NCBI GenBank assembly: GCA_964016885.1
Contig: OZ024742.1
Location: 29,450,001-29,514,000, forward strand
DNA from: Eledone cirrhosa
Taxonomy: Eukaryota
Direction of reading: 5' to 3'
Length of the DNA stretch: 64,000 nt
Part shown: positions 63,246-64,000 of the stretch, in pieces
Layout: each line of letters starts with the position of its first letter
Numbering within the stretch: position 1 is the stretch's first letter
Notes under the pieces: model-generated
What the model was told of the DNA's origin: nothing
The model's input: only the letters and a program-made list of their open reading frames with translations
The model's database searches: none
Made by a program: the position numbers and the translations under genes

Positions 63246-64000
63246 TTTAGGTTGTCTCACATGAAATGTATTTTTAATAAGTTTCTTTATCAGCCATTTA
63301 TAAGCTCGATTATGTGTATGCTTGTGTTTGATCTTAACTATCTTTTATTCCAGACAATATTACCATTCAAAATCGCTACCCACAATCCTATGACAATGTG
63401 GCAATTGAACAATACCGAGTGGTTTTCTTGTATGAATACAAGCTGGGTCACTCGGCCTCAGAAGCCCTACGAAACATTAAGCGAGCTTTTGGTAACGATT
63501 CTGTTGACACCAGAACTGTCCAGAGATGGTTTCAAAGATTTCATTCATGAAATGAGAACTTTAAAAATGAACCGAGAGGGAGACACATATCAATAATTCG
63601 CCATGATGAATTGAACGCTTTGGTTAAACAAAATCCGAGAACAACGGTTCGAAAAATCTCATCTGTGCTCCAGACATCTCGCTCAGCTGTTTCTCGACAC
63701 CTGAAGAAAATTGGAAAAGTAAAAAAGATGGACAGGTTTGTTCCACATCAACTTTATGAGATTCAAAGAAACAGGCGTCTTACAATGTGCTCAAGGTTGG
63801 TTTCTCGGCTCGAGAGAGATCCATTTTTGCATCGACTCATTACGTGTGATGAGAAATGGATACTCTTCGATAACAGCAGAAGGACTGGACACTGGTTAGA
63901 TGCAGAAGAGTCACCGAAACACTACCCTAAACCACCATTGCACCCTAAGAAGTTGATGGTCACTGTATGGTGGTCTGCAAAGGGGATTATTCATTATTCA
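63246..64000 (+). mobile_element. Mariner DNA transposon, 5' part; transposase pseudogene running off the window
   Basis: TA then terminal tttaggttgtctcacatgaaatg; frame from 63425 reads FLYEYKLGHSASEA...TVQRWFQRFHS* then FVPHQL, ITCDEKWI, LHPKKLMVTVWW; one stop at 63548; not shown in the ORF track. Confidence 0.95.

Overview
AT-rich, repeat-dominated animal genomic DNA. The SINE families and microsatellite load suggest an octopod cephalopod (recognition from memory, not a search). I find no host protein-coding gene; almost all short ORFs in the track are microsatellite translations or antisense shadows. Main contents: (1) three minus-strand Tx1/L1-clade non-LTR retrotransposons, one 5'-truncated (11.5-14.0 kb) and two diverged near full-length copies head-to-tail (23.0-34.4 kb), each ending in a microsatellite; (2) a ~19 kb satellite block whose period steps from 5 to 10 to ~25 to 64 bp; (3) fragments of Dong/R4, RTE, CRE and mariner elements plus many tRNA-derived SINEs; (4) an unusually high number of fold-back inverted repeats. 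Four of these carry minimal type I hammerhead ribozymes in both arms, two with the canonical CUGAUGA core and two with the compensatory U3-A8 core, and all sit in (TA)n. Best leads: the hammerhead fold-back mini-elements, and positionally conserved splice signals plus a UAG-dense patch in the Tx1 elements that suggest ORF2 is made from a spliced RNA. All coordinates and counts were read by hand and may be off by a few bases.
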